The position numbers and the translations under genes were made by a program. Shown here piece by piece: positions 9,578 through 19,829 of a stretch of 64,000 nt of DNA; position 1 is the first letter of the stretch, and the number at the start of each line of letters is the position of its first letter. The stretch covers positions 1,824,001-1,888,000 of the forward strand of contig OZ245056.1 in NCBI GenBank assembly GCA_965224705.1, read 5' to 3'. The notes beneath the pieces were generated by a model that was given only the letters and a program-made list of their open reading frames with translations, was not told where the DNA came from and did not search any database. This DNA comes from Spirochaetaceae bacterium (lineage in GTDB: Bacteria > Spirochaetota > Spirochaetia > DSM-2461).

Positions 9578-10576
9578 GTGAGAATTACACTGCCCCTGCC
9601 GGACGATTGGCATGTTCATCTGCGCCAGGGGGCAAAAATGCCCGCTTACTCCCGAGCTCATGGAGCCGCATTCGGCCGCATCCTCGCCATGCCCAATACG
9701 ATACCGCCATTAACATCACCTGAGAGAATACGGAAATACCGTCAAACTGCGGAATCTGCCTCTCCAGGACTGAAGGTCCTCACAGCATTCCAGCTCATTC
9801 CCGGCATGAACAGGAAAGACATCGCCATGCTGTCGGAGGAGGATACTCCAGCAGGAAAGTACTACCCGGCTGGAGCCACAACGAATAGTCACAATGGTGT
9901 ATCGAGCCTGGATACTGTTATGGAAGCTATCGGAGCCATGGAGGAACACGGTCTTGTCCTGTGCCTGCATGGAGAAGACCCCATGGCCTCCGTTCTCGAC
10001 AGAGAAAAAGAATTCCTGCCGACTTTCAAGAAGATCCGCCGCGCATTCCCCAGCTTGAGAATGGTATTGGAGCATGTATCAACGGCTGAGGCCGTCCAGA
10101 TGATTCAGGGAGATCCAGGCCCGTCAGCAGCCACTGTAACAATCCAGCATCTCATGTTTACACTGGACGACCTGCTTGGAAATCTTCTCAATCCCCATCT
10201 ATTCTGTAAACCAGTTGTCAAGTCCCATGTTCACAGACAGGCCATTGAGAAAGTTGTGTTTGAAGGTAATCCAAAATTCTTCTTTGGTTCCGACAGTGCC
10301 CCCCATGAGAAGGAAAGAAAACATTCCGGAACCTGTCCTGCCGGAGCATACACGGCACCGATCATTCTCCCGGCCCTGGCAGATTTTTTTGAAAAATCTG
10401 GTCAATTGGAAAGGTTGAAGCCCTTCCTCTGTGATTTCGGCAGAGAATTCTACGATGTCCCGGAAAACCGTGGAGAAGTAACACTGGAAAAGAGAGAATG
10501 GGTTGTACCCATGGAATCAGAAGGCTGTGTTCCCCTGATGGCCGGCGAAACTCTTCAATGGAGAATCGCAGAGTGA
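9578..10576 (+). CDS. pyrC: Dihydroorotase (E. coli-like class)
   Basis: DDWHVHLR, MPNT, KYYPAGATTNS, LEHVST and GSDSAPH motifs. GTG start at 9578 chosen to avoid overlap with lysA. Confidence 0.93.
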   Translation: MRITLPLPDDWHVHLRQGAKMPAYSRAHGAAFGRILAMPNTIPPLTSPERIRKYRQTAESASPGLKVLTAFQLIPGMNRKDIAMLSEEDTPAGKYYPAGATTNSHNGVSSLDTVMEAIGAMEEHGLVLCLHGEDPMASVLDREKEFLPTFKKIRRAFPSLRMVLEHVSTAEAVQMIQGDPGPSAATVTIQHLMFTLDDLLGNLLNPHLFCKPVVKSHVHRQAIEKVVFEGNPKFFFGSDSAPHEKERKHSGTCPAGAYTAPIILPALADFFEKSGQLERLKPFLCDFGREFYDVPENRGEVTLEKREWVVPMESEGCVPLMAGETLQWRIAE

Positions 10577-11304
10577 TGACAGCCATACCTGCTATTGATC
10601 TGATTGATGGACGCTGTGTCCGCTTAACCGAAGGACGGTTTGACAGTGTCCGGGTGTACAATGAGGATCCAGTCGAAACAGCGAAATCCTTTGCTGGAGC
10701 CGGGGCCCGGCGACTGCATGTTGTTGATCTGGATGCGGCCCGGGGTCAGGGTGATAATCGCCGTTCCATTGCCTTAATCCGCAGGGCCTTCCCCGGCATC
10801 ATTGATGTGGGTGGAGGTGTTCGAAAGTCAAAGGATGCAGAGAAGCTGCTGGATATCGGTATTGACCTCATCGTTGTAGGAACCTCTCTGGCAGAAAATC
10901 CGGAGGAAGTGGGTGAATGGACAGCAGATTTCGGCCAGGTGTTCATCGCCGGAATAGACGCAAGAGATGGCATGGTGAAAACATCGGGCTGGGAAGAGGG
11001 CAGTGTTCTGCGGGCTGTCGACCTTGCCGTCACAGCCGGAGAATTGGGTTTGATAGAAATAATCTACACAGACATAGCCCGGGATGGAACAATGAAGGGA
11101 CCCAATATATCTGAAACAGAGGCCATTGCCGCAGCCTCCGGTTTGCCGGTAATCATTTCAGGAGGAGTGGGAAGTATGGCCGATCTGAAAGCCATGACCA
11201 CCAATCCTTCCCGGGGGATTAGAGGTGTTATCTTCGGCAAAGCTCTGTACGAAGGAACGATTGATCTTTGCGAGGCAATAAAAACTCTGGGAGGAAGTGA
11301 GTGA
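10576..11304 (+). CDS. hisA: ProFAR isomerase
   Basis: IPAIDLIDGRCVRL, LHVVDLDAA, VGGGVR, TDIARDG and SGGV motifs. Confidence 0.95.
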   Translation: MTAIPAIDLIDGRCVRLTEGRFDSVRVYNEDPVETAKSFAGAGARRLHVVDLDAARGQGDNRRSIALIRRAFPGIIDVGGGVRKSKDAEKLLDIGIDLIVVGTSLAENPEEVGEWTADFGQVFIAGIDARDGMVKTSGWEEGSVLRAVDLAVTAGELGLIEIIYTDIARDGTMKGPNISETEAIAAASGLPVIISGGVGSMADLKAMTTNPSRGIRGVIFGKALYEGTIDLCEAIKTLGGSE

Positions 11305-11897
11305 AACACAGAGGAAATGACCCCCCCTGGCCTGTGACGGTCATTACCGGCAGCAGGAGAACTGCTGTTCTGATGAATCGCAAGGCGTATCGGAAAAGCC
11401 TGGAGAACAGCAGCCCGTGGATTGTTCATCCGGTAACAAACCGGGTGTTACCCTGGCCTGGTTCACCAGCGATTCTTTCCCTTAAAGAAAGTCCTGGATC
11501 CTACACCCTCACCATTGCTGAGGGGGCTGAATTACACCCTTACGGAATGGCCGCTCCATTGGATATCGATCCCGACGACAGGGGTGAGATGCATGAAGAT
11601 GGCACTCAGGGAAAATCAATGAGTTCTGGAATTCTGGACAGACTTTCGGCAATCATTGCAGAATATAAAGAGACTATGCCGGAAGGTTCCTATACGGCAC
11701 ATCTTTTCTCAGTTGGAGAGGAGAAGATACGAAAGAAAGTAGGGGAAGAGGTCATTGAACTTATTCTATCCCATGAGAAAGATGATATCATCTATGAAAC
11801 TGCGGATTTGATATATCATGTCCAGGTCCTTCTGGCCGCACTGGATTTAAAATGGGCCGATGTGGAGAATGAGCTTCTTCGTCGTCATACCGACTGA
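11301..11897 (+). CDS. hisE: Phosphoribosyl-ATP pyrophosphatase with a degenerate HisI-like N-terminal domain
   Basis: C-terminal PEGSYTAHLF...KKVGEE..E...YETADLIYH; N-terminus has a MN..A..KSLE...W pattern but no Cys/His zinc motifs. Confidence 0.85.
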   Translation: MKHRGNDPPWPVTVITGSRRTAVLMNRKAYRKSLENSSPWIVHPVTNRVLPWPGSPAILSLKESPGSYTLTIAEGAELHPYGMAAPLDIDPDDRGEMHEDGTQGKSMSSGILDRLSAIIAEYKETMPEGSYTAHLFSVGEEKIRKKVGEEVIELILSHEKDDIIYETADLIYHVQVLLAALDLKWADVENELLRRHTD

Positions 11898-11899
11898 CA

Positions 11900-12643
11900 A
11901 TGTATAAACCCGATATTCTCTACGAAGATAATCATGTTATCGCTGTGAACAAAAAGACGGGCATGCTCGTTCAGGGGGACAAAACCGGAGATCTCCCCGT
12001 TCTTGACCTGATGAAATCCTACATCAAGGAGAGGGATAATAAACCCGGCCAGGTCTTCCTCGGATTGCCGCATCGTCTTGATCGCCCGGTCAGCGGCGTT
12101 CTTATCCTTGCAAAAACTTCCAGGGCACTTTCCCGTCTATCTGCCTCATTCCGGGACGGTGCGGTGCAGAAGTATTACTGGGCAGCAGTGGAATCAGCTC
12201 CCACTCCCCCGGAAGGAACTCTTATTGACTGGCTGCGGAAAGATGCGAAAACCAATACCTCCCATAGAGTAAGACCAACAGCGGCCGGGGCCAGGGAGGC
12301 CCGATTGACATATCGGGTTCTTGGTTCTTCCAAGAGCTGCTGGCTGGTGGAAGTTCAATTGCTCACTGGACGGCATCACCAGATAAGGGTGCAGCTTTCC
12401 GGCATGGGAACTCCGGTTAAAGGCGATTTGAAGTACGGAGCAAAACGATCGGATCCCGGGGGGGGAATACATCTGCACGCCCGGAGGCTGGAATTGCCTC
12501 ATCCAGTTCGAGAAAAACCTCTCCTCATTACAGCACAGCCTCCTGACGGGCCAATCTGGCAGAATTTCATGAACATCTTCAGATCGAAATCCCCCGATAT
12601 GAATTCGGTACGCGGCAACTGTTCCGGGTGTTCGGAAGATTGA
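11900..12643 (+). CDS. RluA-family pseudouridine synthase
   Basis: ILYEDNH..AVNK, HRLDRPVSG, TGRHHQIRVQ and GDLKYG motifs. Confidence 0.93.
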   Translation: MYKPDILYEDNHVIAVNKKTGMLVQGDKTGDLPVLDLMKSYIKERDNKPGQVFLGLPHRLDRPVSGVLILAKTSRALSRLSASFRDGAVQKYYWAAVESAPTPPEGTLIDWLRKDAKTNTSHRVRPTAAGAREARLTYRVLGSSKSCWLVEVQLLTGRHHQIRVQLSGMGTPVKGDLKYGAKRSDPGGGIHLHARRLELPHPVREKPLLITAQPPDGPIWQNFMNIFRSKSPDMNSVRGNCSGCSED

Positions 12644-12710
12644 AAAACAAAAGGCAGTCTATTGTAGAAAGAAATAGTTTTCTGTATATTTCTCCTGGAG
12701 GATAATATCA

Positions 12711-12989
12711 ATGCCGACATACGATTACGAATGCATATCCTGCGGTTATCAATTTGAACAGTTTCAGAGTATGTCTGATGAAGCGTTAACCGATTGCCCT
12801 CAATGCAGTAAAAGCAAACTGCGCCGTCTCATTGGCAATGGAATGGGCATCATTTTCAAGGGTTCCGGTTTCTATGTCAACGATGCCCGGAAATCCGATT
12901 CCAGCGAGAAATCAGAAAAACTCACCCCAACTGCTGCGGAGAACAAAAAAACAAAGTCCCCCGGTACCAATAAGAAAGCCAGTGCCTGA
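12711..12989 (+). CDS. FmdB-family zinc-ribbon protein
   Basis: MPTYDYECISCG...CPQC...IIFKGSGFY. Confidence 0.92.
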   Translation: MPTYDYECISCGYQFEQFQSMSDEALTDCPQCSKSKLRRLIGNGMGIIFKGSGFYVNDARKSDSSEKSEKLTPTAAENKKTKSPGTNKKASA

Positions 12990-13013
12990 CAGAAGATTCC
13001 ACATCATTTAATC

Positions 13014-14777
13014 ATGCATATACTGAAGACATCTCTGCTGAAGGAATTCAAAACTCTCAAGCCGCATCTTTATAAGTATAGCAGGAGATACATTGCCGGT
13101 TTTGCATTTCTAGTCCTGGCCGATGCCGGACAGATACTGATTCCCCGATTGATCGGTCAGGCTGTTGATCATATTTCTGATGGCACAGCCGCCCGGGGAA
13201 TCATTCTCCGCCTGATGATTCAGGTGGTTCTCCTGGCCAATCTTATTGCACTTGGCCGCTATGGATGGAGAAATTTCATTATAGGAAGTGCCCGGCATAT
13301 TGAAGCCGATATTCGCAACCGGATTTATGGACATTTTCTCATCCTGACCAATACCTTTTATATAAATCATAAAACCGGTGATTTAATGGCCAGGATCAGC
13401 AATGACCTTAAATCCATACGCATGTCTGTGGGAATGGGATCTGTGGCCCTCATCGATGGTTTTTTCATGACTATTGTTATCCTGGGGGCACTTTTTCTAA
13501 GCTACGGATTCCTTGGGCTCCTGATTGTAGTTCCCCTGCCATTGTTGACCGCCATGGCTCTGATACTCGGAAGATTATTGGGCCCCCTCTTCTTGAAAGT
13601 TCAGGAGAACTTTTCCCGCATCAGCGAACATGTTCAGGAGACACTGACAGGAATCCGGGTGATTAAATCCTTCGCGATGGAAAAGAGGGCTCTGACAGCT
13701 TTTGCCCGGGTGAATGACAACTATGCTCGATCCCATATGAATCTTGTCCGATTCTGGGGAATGATGTTCCCGGCCATGGGTTTCCTGGCAGGGTTAGGGG
13801 TTCTGTTCCTGTTGTATTTTGGCGGCAGGGCCGTCATTGACAGCAGAGTCAGTCCGGGAGATTTCATTGCCATGCTTTCCTACCTGGGCATGCTGGTGTG
13901 GCCGGCTATGGGAGCCGGGTGGGTAATCAGCATCATGCAGAGAGGGGCGGCATCAATGAAGCGTATCAATGAAATCCTGGATGAAATTCCTGACATATAT
14001 GACCTCCCGAACGCCATTGAAACCCCTCCTGTCGGCAGCCTGGAATTCCGATCGGTGAGTTATCAATACAATAAGGGAAAAGTCCTTCTCGATATAAGCT
14101 GTACCATAAAAAAAGGAACATCTCTTGGGATTCTCGGCCGTACGGGGGCAGGTAAAACCACTTTACTGAAACTGCTTACCCGTATCATTGATCCTCCGGA
14201 AGCCTGTATTTTCATTGGAGGCCAGGATATTCGAACCTTTACAAGAACAGCCCTGAGACGCACACTGGGTGTGGTTTCTCAGGATGTTTTCCTGTTCTCC
14301 GAAACAATCCGGGCAAACATTGTATTCGCCAGACCGGAAGCATCGGATTCAGAAGTAGCCAATGCCGTAAAGGCAGCCGGACTTGAATCTGACCTGCCCT
14401 TTTTCCCGGAGGGTTTGGAGACCATTGTCGGTGAAAAGGGAGTTATCCTCTCGGGAGGTCAGAAACAGCGTATTGCCATTGCCAGAGCTATTATTACAGG
14501 TCCGGAAATTCTTGTACTTGACGATGCTCTTTCAGCTGTTGACGTAGACACCGAGGAACGCATACTTGACAATCTCTTTGCGTTTCGTGAGGGAGGAACA
14601 ACGGTGTTGATTTCCCATCGTGTTTCAGCACTTTCCCGATGTGATCGGTGTATAATTCTGGAAGATGGGAAGGTAGCCGCGGAAGGGACCCATGAAGAAC
14701 TCCTGAAGGATAATGAATTCTACAGAGAAATCTCTGATTTACAGAAACTGGAATCCGATCCAGGGAAATCAGAATGA
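13014..14777 (+). CDS. ABC exporter half-transporter (TMD+NBD), subunit 1
   Basis: TM domain, Walker [17 protein letters not shown], and degenerate Walker B LDDALS typical of heterodimeric exporters. Confidence 0.92.
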   Translation: MHILKTSLLKEFKTLKPHLYKYSRRYIAGFAFLVLADAGQILIPRLIGQAVDHISDGTAARGIILRLMIQVVLLANLIALGRYGWRNFIIGSARHIEADIRNRIYGHFLILTNTFYINHKTGDLMARISNDLKSIRMSVGMGSVALIDGFFMTIVILGALFLSYGFLGLLIVVPLPLLTAMALILGRLLGPLFLKVQENFSRISEHVQETLTGIRVIKSFAMEKRALTAFARVNDNYARSHMNLVRFWGMMFPAMGFLAGLGVLFLLYFGGRAVIDSRVSPGDFIAMLSYLGMLVWPAMGAGWVISIMQRGAASMKRINEILDEIPDIYDLPNAIETPPVGSLEFRSVSYQYNKGKVLLDISCTIKKGTSLGILGRTGAGKTTLLKLLTRIIDPPEACIFIGGQDIRTFTRTALRRTLGVVSQDVFLFSETIRANIVFARPEASDSEVANAVKAAGLESDLPFFPEGLETIVGEKGVILSGGQKQRIAIARAIITGPEILVLDDALSAVDVDTEERILDNLFAFREGGTTVLISHRVSALSRCDRCIILEDGKVAAEGTHEELLKDNEFYREISDLQKLESDPGKSE

Positions 14778-16858
14778 AGCACACAGAGGAAATTGTCCGC
14801 ACCAGTTCCACCGCAGTCATAAACCGACTGGCCAACCTGACCAGACCGTATAGAATTGCCGTATTGATCACCGTAATCACTCTGCTTATCGCAACAGCCG
14901 CAGAACTTCTTCTACCCGTTATAATCAGGCGAACCCTGGACGATCATCTTCTACGCCGCGAGTATCGACTTGATCTTGCTGCCGCTCAATCCGGAATCCC
15001 CTATCCTGCCCTGGCAGAAACTCTACTCGAAGGGGGACGTATCATCGGTTCCGGACTTTTTGTTTCAATTGATTCTCTTCAGAACTTGAATGGGGCGGAA
15101 AAAGATGCCGCAAGAAGGGAAGGCTGGCTGCATGAGGAAGACTGGTATGTTTTCCAAACAGGCGGCAAAGAAGTGAAATCAGTGGTGGCAGCTCACCCGG
15201 AAATGTTTGAATCTTCTTCTGAGTTCCATGCAATTCGTATTAAAGACAGGCGTCAACTGAGCCTGGAAGAACAGAGATACATACGGTACGGCGACTATCC
15301 TGGCCTGAAGAAAAGAAGCGGTCAGTATCTGATTCTACTGGCAATTATTCTGGTATTGACCTTCGGGCAGGTCTATACCGCTTCCTGGATTGGCCAGAAA
15401 GTAATGGCCGATATACGGTGTTCACTGCTCTCCCACATTGTCCATCAATCTCTGGATTACCTGTCAAAAACACCGGTGGGCAGTTTTGTCTCCCGGGCCA
15501 CGAATGATGTGGAAACCATCGCAGAGTTTTTCACGAACGTCACCATTTCATTCTTAAAAGACATTGCCATCATGGTTGGTGTGATTGGAGTTATGTTTGC
15601 ACTGGATGTCCGGCTTGCTCTGATAACTTTGATTGCCCTGATACCAACATTCGCCCTTATCGTATTTTTTCGCAATCGAATAAGAGAGGCCTTTCGCCGA
15701 GTTCGAGTCAGGGTCAGCATGGTCAATGCCTTTCTGTCAGAACACATCAGCGGCATGAGCACGATCCAACTTTTCGATATGGAAAAACAAAGTGCAGAGG
15801 AATTTGAGAAAAAGGGCTCCAGTCTTCTGAACGCAGAAATGAACCAGCTGCGCATCATGGCTGTTTTCAGACCCCTTATAGAATTGATTGCTTCTCTGGC
15901 CATTGCATTGATAATATGGTATTCGTCCAATCTCCACGAATCAGGTGTGGTTACCCTGGGAATACTCATAGCCTTTGTCGAATTGATCCAGAAATTCTTC
16001 CATCCGATTATGGATATCGCAGAAAAATTCGACATCCTTGAGTCCGCCATGGCGGGCGGTGAACGTGTATTTGCCATGCTGGATGTTGTCAACAGAATTC
16101 CTGATAATCGCTCAGGATCTACTGGCATCAGGGATAGAAGTGAGATTGAATTTGAAAATGTCCATTTCTCCTATGTGGCCGGTGAACCGATTCTCAAGGG
16201 GTTGAGTTTTACGATCCCTGCCGGCTCAACCACAGCCATTGTTGGAGCAACAGGAACTGGAAAAACAACCATTGCCAATCTTCTTACTCGCTTATGGGAT
16301 CCCCAGGATGGTAGAATCATCCTGGACGGTGAGGATGTCCGCAACATGCCTCTGACCAGTTTAAGGAAGATAATTCAGCCCATCCAGCAGGATGTTTTTC
16401 TCTTTGCCGGATCCATCGCTGATAATATTGATCTGGGTCTGGGACTGGACAGAAAGACCATTGAGGAATCCGGTAAACTTGCCCGGGCCGATGAGTTTAT
16501 AGCACACCTGCCTGATGGTTACGATACCCTGATTACTGAAGGGGCTGACAACCTTTCTGCCGGTCAGCGTCAACTGGTGGCATTTGCCCGAATCATTGCT
16601 CACAACCCACGGGTGATAATACTCGATGAGGCTACGGCTAACATTGATACAAAAACCGAGGCCCTTATTCAGGAGGGACTGGACAGTCTCCTGAGTAATC
16701 GCACGGCAATGATTATTGCCCATCGCCTTTCCACAATTCGCCGTGCCGATCAGATACTGGTTTTAGGTCGGGGGAAGCTCATCGAATCGGGTACTCATGA
16801 GGACCTTCTTGCCCGGAACGGGGTATATCGAAATCTATACGATTTACAGTTTTTATAG
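14774..16858 (+). CDS. ABC exporter half-transporter (TMD+NBD), subunit 2, with a large extracytoplasmic loop
   Basis: GATGTGKT, LSAGQRQ and LDEAT motifs; about 120-aa insertion after TM1. Confidence 0.92.
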   Translation: MKHTEEIVRTSSTAVINRLANLTRPYRIAVLITVITLLIATAAELLLPVIIRRTLDDHLLRREYRLDLAAAQSGIPYPALAETLLEGGRIIGSGLFVSIDSLQNLNGAEKDAARREGWLHEEDWYVFQTGGKEVKSVVAAHPEMFESSSEFHAIRIKDRRQLSLEEQRYIRYGDYPGLKKRSGQYLILLAIILVLTFGQVYTASWIGQKVMADIRCSLLSHIVHQSLDYLSKTPVGSFVSRATNDVETIAEFFTNVTISFLKDIAIMVGVIGVMFALDVRLALITLIALIPTFALIVFFRNRIREAFRRVRVRVSMVNAFLSEHISGMSTIQLFDMEKQSAEEFEKKGSSLLNAEMNQLRIMAVFRPLIELIASLAIALIIWYSSNLHESGVVTLGILIAFVELIQKFFHPIMDIAEKFDILESAMAGGERVFAMLDVVNRIPDNRSGSTGIRDRSEIEFENVHFSYVAGEPILKGLSFTIPAGSTTAIVGATGTGKTTIANLLTRLWDPQDGRIILDGEDVRNMPLTSLRKIIQPIQQDVFLFAGSIADNIDLGLGLDRKTIEESGKLARADEFIAHLPDGYDTLITEGADNLSAGQRQLVAFARIIAHNPRVIILDEATANIDTKTEALIQEGLDSLLSNRTAMIIAHRLSTIRRADQILVLGRGKLIESGTHEDLLARNGVYRNLYDLQFL

Positions 16859-17115
16859 TGTCAGAAAGCTTGTTAATGCAGCAGAAACCCCTGTCAGGCT
16901 CGTTATAACATAACAAGAAACAATTTATAAGGAGTTTGACCATGCCATTCCGACTCTTGAATCAACGGCTATTTCTCTACCAGTACTGGAGGTCGCTTGA
17001 AACAGGATTTTAGGCAGGGAATCATATCCGGGAAGATACCGCCTGGTGTCTCAAAAGATTTCCTTCTGACTTTCTCTTCTTTTGATCTGTATGCAGTGCC
17101 TCCATAGTGACACTA
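16858..17115 (+). mobile_element. IS left-end remnant or MITE (GTGTCAGAAAGC family)
   Basis: 16858-16951 matches the reverse complement of 61211-61306, including TIR, SD and ATG CCA TTC. A weak right end TGACACTA lies at 17108-17115. Confidence 0.8.
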
Positions 17116-17224
17116 CCCTGAAGAAACTATAGTATTCCTGAGGAGTAATCGCAGCTCAATGGTGTTCAATTGATTGACTGGCAGTTGCATACATTTGAAA
17201 GCTATTCTATTCAAGATCGGAAGC

Positions 17225-18529
17225 ATGAAAACTGTACTGGTATTTGGAACATTCGATAGTATTCATCCCGGCCACCGCTGGTTTCTCCAGCAGGCAGCCT
17301 CTCAAGGTGATGAAATCATTGCCGTTGTAGCACGAGATAAATTTGTCGCTGAGTGGAAGGGAAAAGCTCCGCATCATGACGAACAAAGTCGGATGGCCTG
17401 CTTGATGAATTCAGGTATGGTGAATGAGGTGCGGCTGGCGGACGAGTGTATTCATACATACAGTGTTTTACAGGAGATAACACCAGAAGTTATCTGTCTT
17501 GGCCATGATCAAAAGGCATTGAAGGCTGATCTGGAGTCATTTCTGGTCAACAACTATACGGGAAATTCTAAACCTGAAATCCGTTCACTCCCCCCGTGGC
17601 GGAGGCAGTTATACAGTTCCACACGTATCACAAAATCTAAATCCTCCTGGAAAGTCTGGATACTGTACATTCTTCTGGTTTCTGCAATGCTCTCCATTGG
17701 GTTCAGCTGGGTATCCGGTAAAAGACTGACCTCATCTGCCGACATGGCAGACCTTGCTTTTATCAGATTTTTCTGTACAGCAGTGCTATGCCTGCCACTG
17801 TTAATTTCCAAACAAACATCGAAAATTTCTGTCAAAGAGCTTCTTCCAACCATATTCATGGCCTTATGCCTTGTTTGCTACAACCTGCTATTCTCTTTCG
17901 GACTAGAATCAGGTCTTGCGGGGCGGGGAGGAGTCATTGTCAGCACAATACCCCCTCTGCTGACTTTGCTCATTGCATCGTTCCTGTCGAAAAACACTCT
18001 TCGGGGCATAGCCATTCCGGGTACTTTTATTGGTGTGGCTGCCGGAATAATTCTTCTTAAACCCTGGCAGTACACAGGGAACAGATTAGTCGATCCCGGA
18101 AACCTGGTATTCCTGATGGCAGCACTGTTCTGGGCAATAATGATGGTTGCAGTACACAGGGTTCAGATCTTTTTGGGCAGCTTTGCGCGATTCGTTGTTA
18201 TACTCTACACAGCAGGCTTCCTCATTCTCACACCATTAATCATTATGAAATCAGGCCTCTCTGTTTTCACAGGGCATGACATCATATTCTGGCTGGACAT
18301 GGTATTCCTCAGTGCGGCAGCGGGTTTTTATGGAATTGGTCTTTATTGCTTTGCATCCAGAGAGCTGGGGACTGACCGCACCTGTGCTTTTGCACTATTA
18401 GTACCTGTTTCAGCCGCAGGTTTTGCATGGCTTATACTTGGGGAAGTGCCTGATCCTGCTGCCATCCTGGGAGGGTCGCTGGCTGTCATTGCATTCGTTT
18501 TGATTAATATCCGGCCTAAAACAGATTAG
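17225..18529 (+). CDS. Fusion of a RibL/cytidylyltransferase-like domain and an EamA (DMT) transporter
   Basis: FGTFDSIHPGH, VVARD, ICLGHDQ and YSSTRI motifs, then about 10 TM helices with an EamA pattern (LVPVSA...LILGE). Confidence 0.85.
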   Translation: MKTVLVFGTFDSIHPGHRWFLQQAASQGDEIIAVVARDKFVAEWKGKAPHHDEQSRMACLMNSGMVNEVRLADECIHTYSVLQEITPEVICLGHDQKALKADLESFLVNNYTGNSKPEIRSLPPWRRQLYSSTRITKSKSSWKVWILYILLVSAMLSIGFSWVSGKRLTSSADMADLAFIRFFCTAVLCLPLLISKQTSKISVKELLPTIFMALCLVCYNLLFSFGLESGLAGRGGVIVSTIPPLLTLLIASFLSKNTLRGIAIPGTFIGVAAGIILLKPWQYTGNRLVDPGNLVFLMAALFWAIMMVAVHRVQIFLGSFARFVVILYTAGFLILTPLIIMKSGLSVFTGHDIIFWLDMVFLSAAAGFYGIGLYCFASRELGTDRTCAFALLVPVSAAGFAWLILGEVPDPAAILGGSLAVIAFVLINIRPKTD

Positions 18530-19638
18530 TTCCGGTCCTGTTTCTCCAATTTGCCAATGAATTGAGACAGTAATGACCTGTGTTTGTGTGATGGCCTGTC
18601 GGGATAACTCATTATACGGGCCAGTATTGAAAAATCTTCCTGCTTCTCAAGAAGCATACGTATTATCACCATGAAAGGCACGGCAAGCAGCATGCCCGGC
18701 ACACCCCAGAGATATCCCCAGAAGAGAAGACCAAACAGGATGGATACAGTATTGAAGCGCAGGTGATTCCCCATGAGCATGGGGTCAATTATATTCCCTA
18801 CAATCAACTGGATAAGCAATAAAACAGCCGAAACCGTCAGAATAATACCGATGGAATCAAACTGTATCAGGGCCATCAGCAAAGGAAACACTGTGGCAAT
18901 AATTGAGCCGACAGATGGTATGTAATTCATCAGGAAGGCAATGAATCCCCAGAATAAAGCAAATCGCAATCCAAAGATCCAGCAGGTTAATCCGAAAAGT
19001 ATTCCTGTTAATGAGCTTGATAAGGTCTTGATCAGCATGTATGTTGAGATGCTCTTCTGGGTTTTTCGGCTGATTTCTCTTCTGCTGCCGGATTTGTCTG
19101 TTCCGATTACATATTCCATGTATGCGGGAAACCTGGCAGCTCCTGCTAAAAGAAAAAGGTAGTACAGTAGAAACAGCAGAGTTGATGATCCCATAACACT
19201 GATGAATTTTCCGAACAGTGAGCCGATCATTGATGCAATACTGCCCGGCGTGATACTATCCTTCAATTCGTTCAGTACGGCTTCAAGATCCAGACCGGGC
19301 ACCGTGTTAGCAATCCAGATGAAGGCAGAATTGATTCGACGGTACAATTGCTCTGCCAGAACTTCCTTATCCTGTATGATCTGATGTATGACACTGCTGA
19401 TCATCTCGAAAACAATCCAGAGGACAACTATTGTGAGGGAAGAAACAAGCATTGTAATCAAGATTCGCGGAATCTTGATTCTTTCAAGGAAATTTATAAC
19501 TGGCAGGTTCAGCATTGTCAGCAAAACTGCAAGGGCAAGCGGGATGAGAAGATGGGAAAGTTTCTGCAGAACGATGAACAATGAGATAACAAGCAATATC
19601 ATGAGTATGTTGCGAATACTTCGAGTGTAATCTGTCAT
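18526..19638 (-). CDS. AI-2E family transporter
   Basis: FALFWG..AFLMNYIPSVGS, GNIIDP.LMG, FWGYLWGVPGMLLAVP. Confidence 0.9.
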   Translation of the reverse strand: MTDYTRSIRNILMILLVISLFIVLQKLSHLLIPLALAVLLTMLNLPVINFLERIKIPRILITMLVSSLTIVVLWIVFEMISSVIHQIIQDKEVLAEQLYRRINSAFIWIANTVPGLDLEAVLNELKDSITPGSIASMIGSLFGKFISVMGSSTLLFLLYYLFLLAGAARFPAYMEYVIGTDKSGSRREISRKTQKSISTYMLIKTLSSSLTGILFGLTCWIFGLRFALFWGFIAFLMNYIPSVGSIIATVFPLLMALIQFDSIGIILTVSAVLLLIQLIVGNIIDPMLMGNHLRFNTVSILFGLLFWGYLWGVPGMLLAVPFMVIIRMLLEKQEDFSILARIMSYPDRPSHKHRSLLSQFIGKLEKQDRN

Positions 19639-19829
19639 TTCATCCTCTGTTGCAGTTTTGCATAGTGCCCCGGGGCCTGTGAACACTGCGGGCACAACGC
19701 AGCAGCATGAAGCCTGCAGGAATTTGATTTTCCTCAATGCCGATGGAGATATCCCATTATCTGAGTAACATTGGAAAAGTGTATAATATACTACTTCGTT
19801 CGGGCAGTCACCTTACCGATAATCGATGT

